Source: a virus (taxonomy: Duplodnaviria > Caudoviricetes). From it: a stretch of DNA of 64,000 nucleotides. Numbering within the stretch: position 1 is the stretch's first letter; the number at the start of each line of letters is the position of its first letter. Location of the stretch: IMG/VR virus record IMGVR_UViG_3300018430_000021, positions 192,001 through 256,000 of that record, one strand, 5' to 3'. The notes below the pieces were generated by a model that saw only the letters and a program-made list of their open reading frames with translations, searched no databases and was not told where the DNA came from. Positions 56,038 through 64,000 of this stretch are shown piece by piece. Position numbers and translations under genes: made by a program.

Positions 56038-56632
56038 TTTTGGACTCCTTTTCCTGTTTTTCTTTAATTACATCATAAATGTCATGGGCTAATTCCATGA
56101 AATCCCAATCAGCCATCGGAATCAATTCAAAATTAAACCCGTTTTCAGACGGAATACCAGACTTTTCAAAAAGTCCTTCCCAAAATTCTTCGCGTTCAGG
56201 ATAATCCGGAATATCCTCGCACCCGTCAGTACACTGGTTGGTGTACCAATATTCCGGCCAGTTAATCGGCTTAGTCCTTAAAAACTGGTTGGCATGCAAT
56301 CCAGGAAAGAACTGAACGACAATAAAGTTTACGTCGTTTACCTGTCGGCAATAAATTATAGCATTAAAGCTCAAATCAAAACCAACTGCACGTTCTGCTG
56401 TTTCAGAACGTTTCTTTAACATCTTGCCGAATGAACGAATACGATTCCAGTCAGTCTTATAATCGCCTGTAGGACAAATATCCTTATTCATGTAATCATG
56501 TTCAGCAAATTCCTTAAGCAACCATTCATGGTATTTCTTCTTAAGGTCTACAAGTTCTGCAATACACTTGTTAAGGTCGTTAAAATCAGCATTCTTCTTA
56601 AAAAGATATGCATTAGGAATAACCATTGACAT
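56021..56632 (-). CDS. hypothetical protein
   Basis: Tiling ORF. Confidence 0.7.
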   Translation of the reverse strand: MSMVIPNAYLFKKNADFNDLNKCIAELVDLKKKYHEWLLKEFAEHDYMNKDICPTGDYKTDWNRIRSFGKMLKKRSETAERAVGFDLSFNAIIYCRQVNDVNFIVVQFFPGLHANQFLRTKPINWPEYWYTNQCTDGCEDIPDYPEREEFWEGLFEKSGIPSENGFNFELIPMADWDFMELAHDIYDVIKEKQEKESKNAKQK

Positions 56633-56634
56633 AA

Positions 56635-57009
56635 TTACTCATCATCCTCTTCCAGAATTTCCTGTCTGGACTTTACCGGGTCAAAAATTGCCCAACGTTT
56701 CACATTGAAGTACATGTAATCTTTCTTGACCTTAATCGGTGTTACAGCAAACGTAATTGAAATGGGATTTCCTTTTTCGTTTTTCATCTGCATGTTGAAC
56801 AGTGTAATCCAGTTATCCGGCTTTATGTGATTGATAACGTCCGACCAATCGCTACGAAGCTTTACAGAAGTATCTTCGTATTTAATTCTGAACATATCAC
56901 ACATAAATATATTTTCAAACCAGGGTCCTTCGATACGGGGAACAAGACGAAGATTCTCGATTTCTACGTCATATTCCTGATCGGTCAAGTGATTCATTCG
57001 TACAATCAT
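56635..57009 (-). CDS. hypothetical protein
   Basis: Tiling ORF. Confidence 0.6.
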   Translation of the reverse strand: MIVRMNHLTDQEYDVEIENLRLVPRIEGPWFENIFMCDMFRIKYEDTSVKLRSDWSDVINHIKPDNWITLFNMQMKNEKGNPISITFAVTPIKVKKDYMYFNVKRWAIFDPVKSRQEILEEDDE

Positions 57010-57174
57010 TTAAACTTCTTTTCCTTTAAGAATATATCGATACACTTGTTGATACGCTTTCCGCCATCCTTATTCCAAATCATAGCGATTGTATTCTCCC
57101 AATCGCCCTTCGGACGTTTACACTTTATGCGGAGCCATTCAACAAACTGGCCGTATTCATTTTCTTCAAGTCTA

Positions 57175-57429
57175 TCAAACATTTTCTTTCTTCTTTGCGA
57201 GAACTAAAACTGCCTTAGTAGCCAAAACGATTCCTGTCGGATTAGCGGAATAAACCTTTTCACCGTTTTTCATCAACGTACAACGCCACGGAGTAGTAGA
57301 TTTATCGATTTCTATCCTATATTCCTTATCGATTTCGATAATATTATCTCCGTTACAGTTATGCGGAATCTTAGCTCTGTCCATGAGGTCACAGATATTG
57401 CTAAGGATTGTCTCATCAGAATATTTCAT
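57175..57429 (-). CDS. hypothetical protein
   Basis: First ORF after promoter 57438-57469. Confidence 0.6.
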   Translation of the reverse strand: MKYSDETILSNICDLMDRAKIPHNCNGDNIIEIDKEYRIEIDKSTTPWRCTLMKNGEKVYSANPTGIVLATKAVLVLAKKKENV

Positions 57430-57489
57430 ATAAGTACAATATAATAAAAAATAGGGGTTTTGTCAACCCCTTCATTTAATCTACTGATT

Positions 57490-57810
57490 TTACCTTTCCG
57501 GCCAGTAGCACACGATTTTCAGATTTGACAGCCAAGTCAACATAGCTTCGTAGAACTTCTCGGTAACGTCACCGTTTTCCATCAGAAATCCTTCACAGAA
57601 TGACGTAGCGGATTCGTAATAGTCATGTTCCGTATCATAGTATATGATATAGTCTTTAAGTCTCTTCGGACAGCCTTTCCAGTAATCCTTAAAAAGCGTG
57701 TCGTTATCAAAGCACATCATCTGCTGAAGCTTTGTTTCCTGAACTCGTTTTTCGACCGCCTGGTAACGTGGATCCACTACCAAATCGTCAATACCTTTCT
57801 TTGTACTCAT
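57490..57810 (-). CDS. hypothetical protein
   Basis: Tiling ORF. Confidence 0.6.
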   Translation of the reverse strand: MSTKKGIDDLVVDPRYQAVEKRVQETKLQQMMCFDNDTLFKDYWKGCPKRLKDYIIYYDTEHDYYESATSFCEGFLMENGDVTEKFYEAMLTWLSNLKIVCYWPER

Positions 57811-57811
57811 A

Positions 57812-58264
57812 TTAATATCCTCTTGTATAAGATTGAATGATTCTATCGTGGCAGTCGACTACTGCCGCCTGGTCGATACTTGTGTCACTATCGATAAGCT
57901 TATGCATTCCGGCTACTGCTGAAGCTTCGTCGTCGAAATACTTAACGGCATAGAACGGAGCACCGCCGTTATTTTTATTTTTCCCGCTATACTTCACATA
58001 GTATTCGGAACGATTGATTTCCTTAGACTGAATCTTCTTCATTTCATCAAAAATCACCTGATAGATTGCCATCAGTGCGTTCTTATTCTGATATTCGTTA
58101 GAATATTCAATCTTCTTCAGAATTTCTTCTTCACGGCGGGTATCTTCGACCATTGTCTTCAATGTTCTGACTTTTTCAGCTAATGAAAACCTGAAATCAA
58201 GCCAATGACAAAGATCCTTATCGATTGCGTTAATTAACTTTCGTGTTTCTTCAAGCTCTGTCAC
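57812..58264 (-). CDS. chorismate mutase (AroQ-type) domain protein
   Basis: LEETRKLINAIDKDL..WL..RF.LAEKV..LK..VEDTRREEEIL. Confidence 0.75.
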   Translation of the reverse strand: MTELEETRKLINAIDKDLCHWLDFRFSLAEKVRTLKTMVEDTRREEEILKKIEYSNEYQNKNALMAIYQVIFDEMKKIQSKEINRSEYYVKYSGKNKNNGGAPFYAVKYFDDEASAVAGMHKLIDSDTSIDQAAVVDCHDRIIQSYTRGY

Positions 58265-58266
58265 GA

Positions 58267-58659
58267 TTACACCTCATAATAAACATCTGCAAGTTCTTTA
58301 CATTCATCTTTATGTTCTAAATGATATTTTGACATTAAAGCCTTCATATACTTTACAGTTACATCCTTAGTCAAACCTTCACTGGCAAGTCTTTGTGTAG
58401 CCAGACAACGTTTAATCCGTTGTCTACTACAAGTATCAAGGTTATACATGGTCCGAACTTTACAAGCACGTTTATTTTGTTGACCGTTCGGATTAAAATA
58501 TACCGTATATTCCGGCAACCGTATCTTGACGCCTTCCAATGCAAGATTTACAAGTCGTTCTTTTGTTTCCTTGTAAAACTTTTCTGCCATATGCTTGGGC
58601 GTTTTACTTGTCCAATGCATTTCTTTCATACATTCGATAACGTCAGATATTGTAGCCAT
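58267..58659 (-). CDS. hypothetical protein
   Basis: Tiling ORF. Confidence 0.6.
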   Translation of the reverse strand: MATISDVIECMKEMHWTSKTPKHMAEKFYKETKERLVNLALEGVKIRLPEYTVYFNPNGQQNKRACKVRTMYNLDTCSRQRIKRCLATQRLASEGLTKDVTVKYMKALMSKYHLEHKDECKELADVYYEV

Positions 58660-58660
58660 A

Positions 58661-59293
58661 TTACTTTCCCTTAAACATAGAAGTTAAATCAAGTTCAAAA
58701 CAATAACCGCCACGTTCATAGTTTCTATCATAGTTTTTAATTTCGCCAGTTTTAAAACCAGATTCAGTAAGAGCTTCCTTAGCTAATTCTGCCGTATGTC
58801 GAATATCCCAGACCCCTTCTTTAGCTCTCCATCCGCCAGAATACAGATAGATTTTTATATCGCCACCTTCACGCCTAATTGTATTATGACAATCCTCTCT
58901 TCCGATCTGTTCAAATACGACGTCAAAATTCCTATTGCCGACACATGCATGAATCCAATCAGCCAATTCTTTACTATTGACAACCAAGTTTGCCGAAACA
59001 AGTTCTTCCGCTATAGCTTTAGCTTTACGCCGATCACCTTCTTCTTCATAAGCATGAGGATTTTTGGCTATTTCATCAACATGTTCCTGCCCTAAAGTCT
59101 TGAAATTATCAAAACTTAAATCAGACCAAGCATGAGTCTTTTTATATTCATCAATATTTTGTTCCATGTTAGAAAGGAAAACCTTTCGCCATGGATTTAA
59201 CTTTTTCTTATTTTTCTCTTCAAGCTCAGGCGGTTTTTTTACAATATCTTTTTCTGGTGTAAGCCAGTTAATTGTGAATTCATCTTTCATCAT
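58661..59293 (-). CDS. hypothetical protein, tandem paralog
   Basis: Shares LYSGGW...LTSMFK with the upstream gene. Confidence 0.7.
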   Translation of the reverse strand: MMKDEFTINWLTPEKDIVKKPPELEEKNKKKLNPWRKVFLSNMEQNIDEYKKTHAWSDLSFDNFKTLGQEHVDEIAKNPHAYEEEGDRRKAKAIAEELVSANLVVNSKELADWIHACVGNRNFDVVFEQIGREDCHNTIRREGGDIKIYLYSGGWRAKEGVWDIRHTAELAKEALTESGFKTGEIKNYDRNYERGGYCFELDLTSMFKGK

Positions 59294-59954
59294 TACTTCG
59301 CCTTAAACATAGAAGTTAAATCGATTTTAAAAGAATACGAAGTTTTAGAATAGCAGTTGCCACTATGAGTTTCTACAGCAGATACCTTAAATCCGGCATT
59401 AATCAAAGATTCCCTTGCATATTCTGCTACTCGCGGAATACTCCAAACACCATAATCAGAATTCCAACCACCAGAATACAAATGCATATCTACACCAAAA
59501 GTATGTTGTTCGATATAATTATGATCACCTGTCCTGTCGGCTGCCATCAGTTTAACGTCGACATTGTATTTACCGATTTGTTCTTCAATAACGGCTTTAA
59601 GTTTTTCGCTATTGACTAACAGCCCAGCAGAAACAGATTCTTCTGCGATTGCCTTAGCCTTACGGCGTTCGCCTTCGTCATGTGCTTCACGGTCCTTACG
59701 TGCTTTTTCATCAACACGTTCCTGACCAATACTTTTAACATTGGCGAAGCTAAGACCAGAAACTGGCGTGTTCTTGGCGAGCCGTTCCTTTTCTTTCGCT
59801 TTGATTTCAGCATCACGCTTTTTCTGTTCTTCCTCTTCTTTTAATTTCTTCTTAATTTTTTCAGAAACCTTCTTTTCAACTGCTTCAGGTTCCTTGACGA
59901 CATCTTTTCTGGATTATTCATCCAATTGATTGCGAATTCGTCTTTTTTATTCAT
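59293..59954 (-). pseudogene. frameshifted paralog of 58661-59293
   Basis: MNKKDEFAINWMNNPE.. from 59954 then a 1-nt frame change near 59905 into DVVKEPEAVEK...RRKAKAIAEE...LYSGGW. Confidence 0.65.
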
Positions 59955-60859
59955 CGGTCACTTCTCGTAATGTAAAATTCCTTGGATTCCTTTTGAGCCT
60001 GATTATATTCGTCAGCCCAAGCGTCAATATATTCATGCCATTTCTTTTCAGGAGAATTTGCCTTCTTCTGTTCGGCAATGAACTTTTCGTTTAGTTTCTT
60101 GTAATCCCTGTCGATATTCTTACACGGGAACGGACAATTATTACAACCACCGCAGTTAAAGAAACTATAACACCAAGCATTGTCATGGCAATAGGTCGGT
60201 GATTCCTTCAGATAACGAATATACGTTGCAAGCTTTTCATTGTGGGTAATATCGAGATTCTGGAGGGCGGTGATAACTGAAGTATTCAACTCTTCCAAAG
60301 TTCCATTATTTTCCAAATGATAAACTCGATGTGTCGGAACATTGATTCCTGAAGTGGTAGAATTCAAATTTTCAAACGACTGACGGGCTTCAAGATTCTG
60401 CATGTACATATCTGCATAGCCCGTTCTCTTGATAAGACGGTTATGACGAATATCAGCAGAAGCATGAATGATAACCATATCGAAGATATTGAGTCTTGCC
60501 CTTACTTTCTGAATATCCGTTGTAAGTGCGGCTTCGATGAAGATAACTTCCTTACTGTTCAAATACTTGTCGTCGACATTTTTTGTAAATTTGACAAGCA
60601 AACGATTCATAAGTTCTTCGGAAAACAACGTAGGACTAGCAAAGACCATACGCATTTTCTTCAGGTCAATCTTATTGTATTCGTCAAGATAATCCTTGCC
60701 GAGACGAGAAACTATGAACTGATAGATTTCAGGATCTTCGTAAAGCTTCTTAACCTCGCTATCGCTGTCGATAACGATATAATGTTTCTTACGCAAAAGT
60801 TCAGAAACGGCAGACTTGCCTGAACCCATCATTCCTGTAATAAGAATAAATCTGGCCAT
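59951..60859 (-). CDS. coaE: dephospho-CoA kinase with C-terminal Cys-rich extension
   Basis: ILITGMMGSGKS, VIDSD..VK.LY, FIEAAL, RHNRLIKR, LENNGTLEEL. Confidence 0.8.
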   Translation of the reverse strand: MARFILITGMMGSGKSAVSELLRKKHYIVIDSDSEVKKLYEDPEIYQFIVSRLGKDYLDEYNKIDLKKMRMVFASPTLFSEELMNRLLVKFTKNVDDKYLNSKEVIFIEAALTTDIQKVRARLNIFDMVIIHASADIRHNRLIKRTGYADMYMQNLEARQSFENLNSTTSGINVPTHRVYHLENNGTLEELNTSVITALQNLDITHNEKLATYIRYLKESPTYCHDNAWCYSFFNCGGCNNCPFPCKNIDRDYKKLNEKFIAEQKKANSPEKKWHEYIDAWADEYNQAQKESKEFYITRSDR

Positions 60860-61393
60860 CTAAACTCCTTTGTATCTGTCGTAAATTTCCTTTACCGTAT
60901 CAGGGAAAGTTCCCCAGCCGCTGAGAAAATAAAGATTAATGAGCTTTCCAGCAGTTCCGTACTTGACAAACTGTCTTACGCCACTAGAAGACATATGTTC
61001 AGAATGTGCCGGTGTCGTAAAGAATACGTACTGAAGCGATGCAGGACTTTCAGAAAGGCAATAGTTATATTCCATCTGAGTCTTTTCGAATTCAAGATCC
61101 GTTCCATTACGGAGTCCGCGAACAATATAACCAATATTGTTTTCAAAGCAAAAATCGACAAGAGCTTCTGGAGTATACTGAACAGAAACCTTGTCGGACC
61201 AATCATAACCTGTAGTCATTTCCCTAATCCACTTCATACGGAGAATCGGATTAATAGGATATGACTTTTCAGGATTTTCTGCAATAAGAACAATAACTCT
61301 GTCAAATACCTGTGCGGCTTGACGAATTACATGAAGATGTCCCGGGTGAACGGGATTGAAAGAACCTGGATAAACAGCAATTTTTTCACTCAT
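60860..61393 (-). CDS. coaD: phosphopantetheine adenylyltransferase
   Basis: AVYPGSFNPVHPGH, IVRGLRNGTDLEFE, SSSGVR. Confidence 0.9.
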   Translation of the reverse strand: MSEKIAVYPGSFNPVHPGHLHVIRQAAQVFDRVIVLIAENPEKSYPINPILRMKWIREMTTGYDWSDKVSVQYTPEALVDFCFENNIGYIVRGLRNGTDLEFEKTQMEYNYCLSESPASLQYVFFTTPAHSEHMSSSGVRQFVKYGTAGKLINLYFLSGWGTFPDTVKEIYDRYKGV

Positions 61394-61432
61394 GTTACAT
61401 AATATAACAAAAAATTTCTTTTTTGTAAATAC

Positions 61433-61951
61433 TTATTGTAACACTTCACGGTCAATCTCTCCAAGGCCACTATATGTCGCATTTATCATATCAACTAATG
61501 CGCTGTTTCGAGAATAACCCAATAATGAATCTTCGTTTATATAATCTAGTTGAGGAGATACAACAGCTGTCGGAGATATATAACCGGTATGCGGATAATC
61601 CGGATAATTAGGTTGTGAACCACACCCACACCAGCCTTCGAACTTAGGAACATTTTTCCATGCTTCTTCGACTATGCTCGCCGAAGTACAATCGGAAAGA
61701 TTACTGAAGAACTCACATACTTCGTCACGTTTTTCTGGAACATAACTGGTTCCGAGTACATGATAACAGACCGGACAGACTTGAATTTTTGTAGTCTTAA
61801 TCTTTTCACCGGTAAGGTCATTAACGAGCTGAAGATAATAATCTTCGCCTTCATTGACAATGAATAATTTAGTAGTTAAACCACGACCTTCGAAAAGATC
61901 GCGGTCACTATCTAATTCAAATTCTGAAGAATTTTCGCAATATTTACACAT
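61433..61951 (-). CDS. CxxC zinc-binding protein
   Basis: MCKYC...CPVC. Confidence 0.65.
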   Translation of the reverse strand: MCKYCENSSEFELDSDRDLFEGRGLTTKLFIVNEGEDYYLQLVNDLTGEKIKTTKIQVCPVCYHVLGTSYVPEKRDEVCEFFSNLSDCTSASIVEEAWKNVPKFEGWCGCGSQPNYPDYPHTGYISPTAVVSPQLDYINEDSLLGYSRNSALVDMINATYSGLGEIDREVLQ

Positions 61952-62025
61952 AATTTTTCCCTTATGCGTAAAATATAAAAAATTACAAATGATGTAAATT
62001 TTATTTAGCGAAAAATATCCGACAA

Positions 62026-62496
62026 TTATCGACGTTTCTTACCAATCAAGCTGTCATATTCGGCCATGATTTCATTCGGCGATTTTACACTTTGCAAGTC
62101 TTCCGGTTTCTTACGACCTTCATAATACACAACCTTATCGGAAGGTTTCTTGGTATCGTCGTTATAATGAATTTTCTTCTTGAATGCCGCAAGTAATTGC
62201 ATGGCTGTTTCATAACTAGGTAAAATCGTACCGAGATGTGGGTACAAATTTGGATATTTGTACGGTCTAAGCGCAATACCTACGTTATTACAAGTAGCGT
62301 ATTCTTCTGCATTGTACTTAATATCAGTCCAGTCAGTTGCTAAAAGCCAGCTTAAAAGCCAACAGCTAGTCTTTCTATATTGTGCGATATAAGACTTACG
62401 GCTTGCTTTATAATCCATCCGATGATATTTCATTTCACTCAAATAAGCTGGAGCCATGATTGTTTCGATAATTCTGAATTCGTATGCCATAATCAT
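62026..62496 (-). CDS. hypothetical protein
   Basis: ORF after promoter 62497-62528. Confidence 0.6.
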   Translation of the reverse strand: MIMAYEFRIIETIMAPAYLSEMKYHRMDYKASRKSYIAQYRKTSCWLLSWLLATDWTDIKYNAEEYATCNNVGIALRPYKYPNLYPHLGTILPSYETAMQLLAAFKKKIHYNDDTKKPSDKVVYYEGRKKPEDLQSVKSPNEIMAEYDSLIGKKRR

Positions 62497-62528
62497 AATA
62501 TAGAAAAAGAGTTGACTTGTGTCAACCC
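62497..62528 (-). promoter_or_regulatory. Early promoter/terminator composite
   Basis: GGGTTGAC-ACAA-GTCAACTC-TTTTT-C-TATATT. Confidence 0.75.
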
Positions 62529-62541
62529 TTTTTAGACATCA

Positions 62542-62859
62542 TTAACCTAATACGTCAAAAACACTTTCTACGTTTCGTTTCTGTATTTCCAGATAGAGTT
62601 TTTTAAAGTCATCTTCGGTTTCGTATTTTGTGTTATTCCAAATAACATAACTACCCTTACATCCGATAGCGAGACAACCGTCAGTATTGTGCCCGCCATA
62701 ATTTACGGAAAACGATAACCAGAACTTATTACCGCCCTTTTTGTTTGGTTCATCGTCATCTCTAATAGGCCGCATCTTCAAAATGTCAATATAATGAATA
62801 TGACTGAACGGTTCATTACCGAGATAACTGTAATGTAAAGCGTTTTCCTTTTCGAACAT
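62542..62859 (-). CDS. hypothetical protein
   Basis: Tiling ORF. Confidence 0.6.
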   Translation of the reverse strand: MFEKENALHYSYLGNEPFSHIHYIDILKMRPIRDDDEPNKKGGNKFWLSFSVNYGGHNTDGCLAIGCKGSYVIWNNTKYETEDDFKKLYLEIQKRNVESVFDVLG

Positions 62860-63068
62860 TAGATATGTGGTTCTCCGCAGTTAAGTTCTTCATTGAACCA
62901 GTTATTTTGTTGATACCTTGTAGAACGAATACGCTGGATTTCCTTTTCGGTTTCATCCAGTTCTTTCCTCTGTTTACGAATCTTGTCAAGTTCCTGACAT
63001 AGTTCAGTATCTGACATTTTTTCGTATTTAGACAGTTTATATTCGGCAAAGTATTTTTCTATGTCCAT
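62859..63068 (-). CDS. hypothetical protein
   Basis: ORF after promoter 63076-63107. Confidence 0.6.
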   Translation of the reverse strand: MDIEKYFAEYKLSKYEKMSDTELCQELDKIRKQRKELDETEKEIQRIRSTRYQQNNWFNEELNCGEPHI

Positions 63069-63115
63069 AACTTATAATATAGTAAAAAGCAATCTTTTTG
63101 TAAGCCCAAAAAGTA

Positions 63116-63144
63116 TTGACAACATATAGGAAATTTTCTATATT
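63116..63144 (+). promoter_or_regulatory. sigma70-like promoter TTGACA-N17-TATATT
   Basis: Upstream of ORF 63154. Confidence 0.7.
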
Positions 63145-63153
63145 AGTATTACT

Positions 63154-63516
63154 ATGATTAACAAGAATGTTCTAATTGATGGAATTCATATTCCAAATAC
63201 AAACAAGACCGCTACGGCGAATCTTGAATTTTTGGTAAATACCGTCAAGAAGTTGACGGATGTAAACAGTAAAAGCACTATCAGCGTCGGTCAATATAAG
63301 AGCGACAGATATTACGCCAAAGCTCTTGTAAATGAACGTTTCATGTTTACGTGCGGACTTGAACTCAAGGATTCTGATTATGGCTGTCAAATTACCAGAA
63401 TCGGAAAAATCGGTTGGACTAAGGAAGACATCGTTCGAAAGCCTGTGTTCGGAATGCTTACGGACTATCTCGATACCTATATTTCCGTAGCTACACGAAT
63501 CAAGTCGTACTTGTAG
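63154..63516 (+). CDS. hypothetical protein
   Basis: Plus-strand ORF with its own promoter. Confidence 0.65.
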   Translation: MINKNVLIDGIHIPNTNKTATANLEFLVNTVKKLTDVNSKSTISVGQYKSDRYYAKALVNERFMFTCGLELKDSDYGCQITRIGKIGWTKEDIVRKPVFGMLTDYLDTYISVATRIKSYL

Positions 63517-63534
63517 CTTTAAAATTAATCATAG

Positions 63535-63619
63535 TGGCCAAGGTGGGATTCGAACCCACACGCCCTTTCGGACCGATGCTTCTAAGGCACCGTTGTCTCG
63601 CCAGTTCCATCACTCGGCC
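63535..63619 (-). tRNA. tRNA-Leu(TAG)
   Basis: GGCCGAG/CTTGGCC, loop CT-TAG-AA, V-arm, A73. Confidence 0.92.
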
Positions 63620-63625
63620 ATTTAG

Positions 63626-63714
63626 TCTGCTGGGTGGGAATCGAACCCACAAGCCATTAAGGCGGAAGCATCTGAGTCTTCTGTGTCTACCATAAACTAT
63701 TCCACCACCAGCGG
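63626..63714 (-). tRNA. tRNA-Leu(CAG)
   Basis: Loop CT-CAG-AT, enlarged D-loop, one acceptor mismatch. Confidence 0.85.
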
Positions 63715-63724
63715 ATAATTGTAG

Positions 63725-63809
63725 CGGAAGCGGAAGGGCTCGAACCTTCAAGCAGATTTCTCCACGGCACTTTAGCAAAGTGCTGGCTTACCTATTAGCC
63801 TACGCTTCC
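63725..63809 (-). tRNA. tRNA-Ser(GCT)
   Basis: GGAAGCG/CGCTTCC, loop TT-GCT-AA, G73. Confidence 0.93.
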
Positions 63810-63818
63810 AAAATTTTA

Positions 63819-63900
63819 TCCTTAGGGTGGGACTCGAACCCACATGCCTTTCGGCCGCGGCTTTTGAGACCGCTGCGTATACCAATTCCGCCACCTAAGG
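63819..63900 (-). tRNA. tRNA-Leu(CAA)
   Basis: CCTTAGG/CCTAAGG, loop CT-CAA-AA. Confidence 0.93.
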
Positions 63901-63903
63901 TTA

Positions 63904-63986
63904 TCGTCAGAGCGGGACTCGAACCCGTACGTCCTGAGGACACTGGCCTCTCATGCCAGCGCGTCTACCAATTCCGCCACCTGACG
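63904..63986 (-). tRNA. tRNA-Leu(GAG)
   Basis: CGTCAGG/TCTGACG, loop AT-GAG-AG. Confidence 0.92.
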
Positions 63987-64000
63987 TTAGTTTATCGGTA

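Noticed and set aside
59616-59816. 66-aa ORF
   Set aside because: Alternative frame inside the frameshifted paralog 59293-59954.
25677-61951. Three MCxxC...CPxC proteins as a system
   Set aside because: A common small phage zinc-binding domain; the copies are unlinked and show no shared context.
1-64000. Stop-codon reassignment (alternative genetic code)
   Set aside because: Genes tile densely under code 11; TAA, TAG and TGA all end genes normally; no full suppressor tRNA was found.
1-64000. CRISPR array, DGR or retron
   Set aside because: No regularly spaced direct repeats, and no reverse transcriptase or Cas ORF seen; the recurring 32-bp element is a dispersed promoter.

Overview
A 64 kb segment of a large T4-like (jumbo) phage genome, standard genetic code, mostly minus-strand. 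The host is probably Fibrobacter, inferred from a Fibrobacter-style cadherin-repeat protein. The window holds dense arrays of small early genes behind a repeated 32-bp promoter (GGG-TTKACA-N17-TATATT), late genes behind T4-type TATAAATA promoters, a glycosyltransferase island, auxiliary genes (clpP, coaD, coaE, chorismate mutase) and two tRNA arrays. Main finding: the Tyr/Cys/Met/Ile/Ser(UCN) tRNA array at 21.7-23.1 kb is preceded by an unannotated 32-codon leader ORF (23310-23215). The leader is packed with codons read by those tRNAs, and is followed by alternative antiterminator and terminator hairpins. This looks like a ribosome-mediated attenuator that would switch on phage tRNAs when the matching host tRNAs fail. 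The same array holds two non-canonical tRNA-Ile genes whose D-like arm lies 3' of the anticodon arm, a long-arm tRNA-Cys, a mini-RNA with a UUA anticodon arm matching the leader's in-frame UAA, and other tRNA-like RNAs. A Y-RNA-like RNA with its own promoter lies at 18.9-19.1 kb. All RNA folds and protein family calls were made by eye, with no database search.
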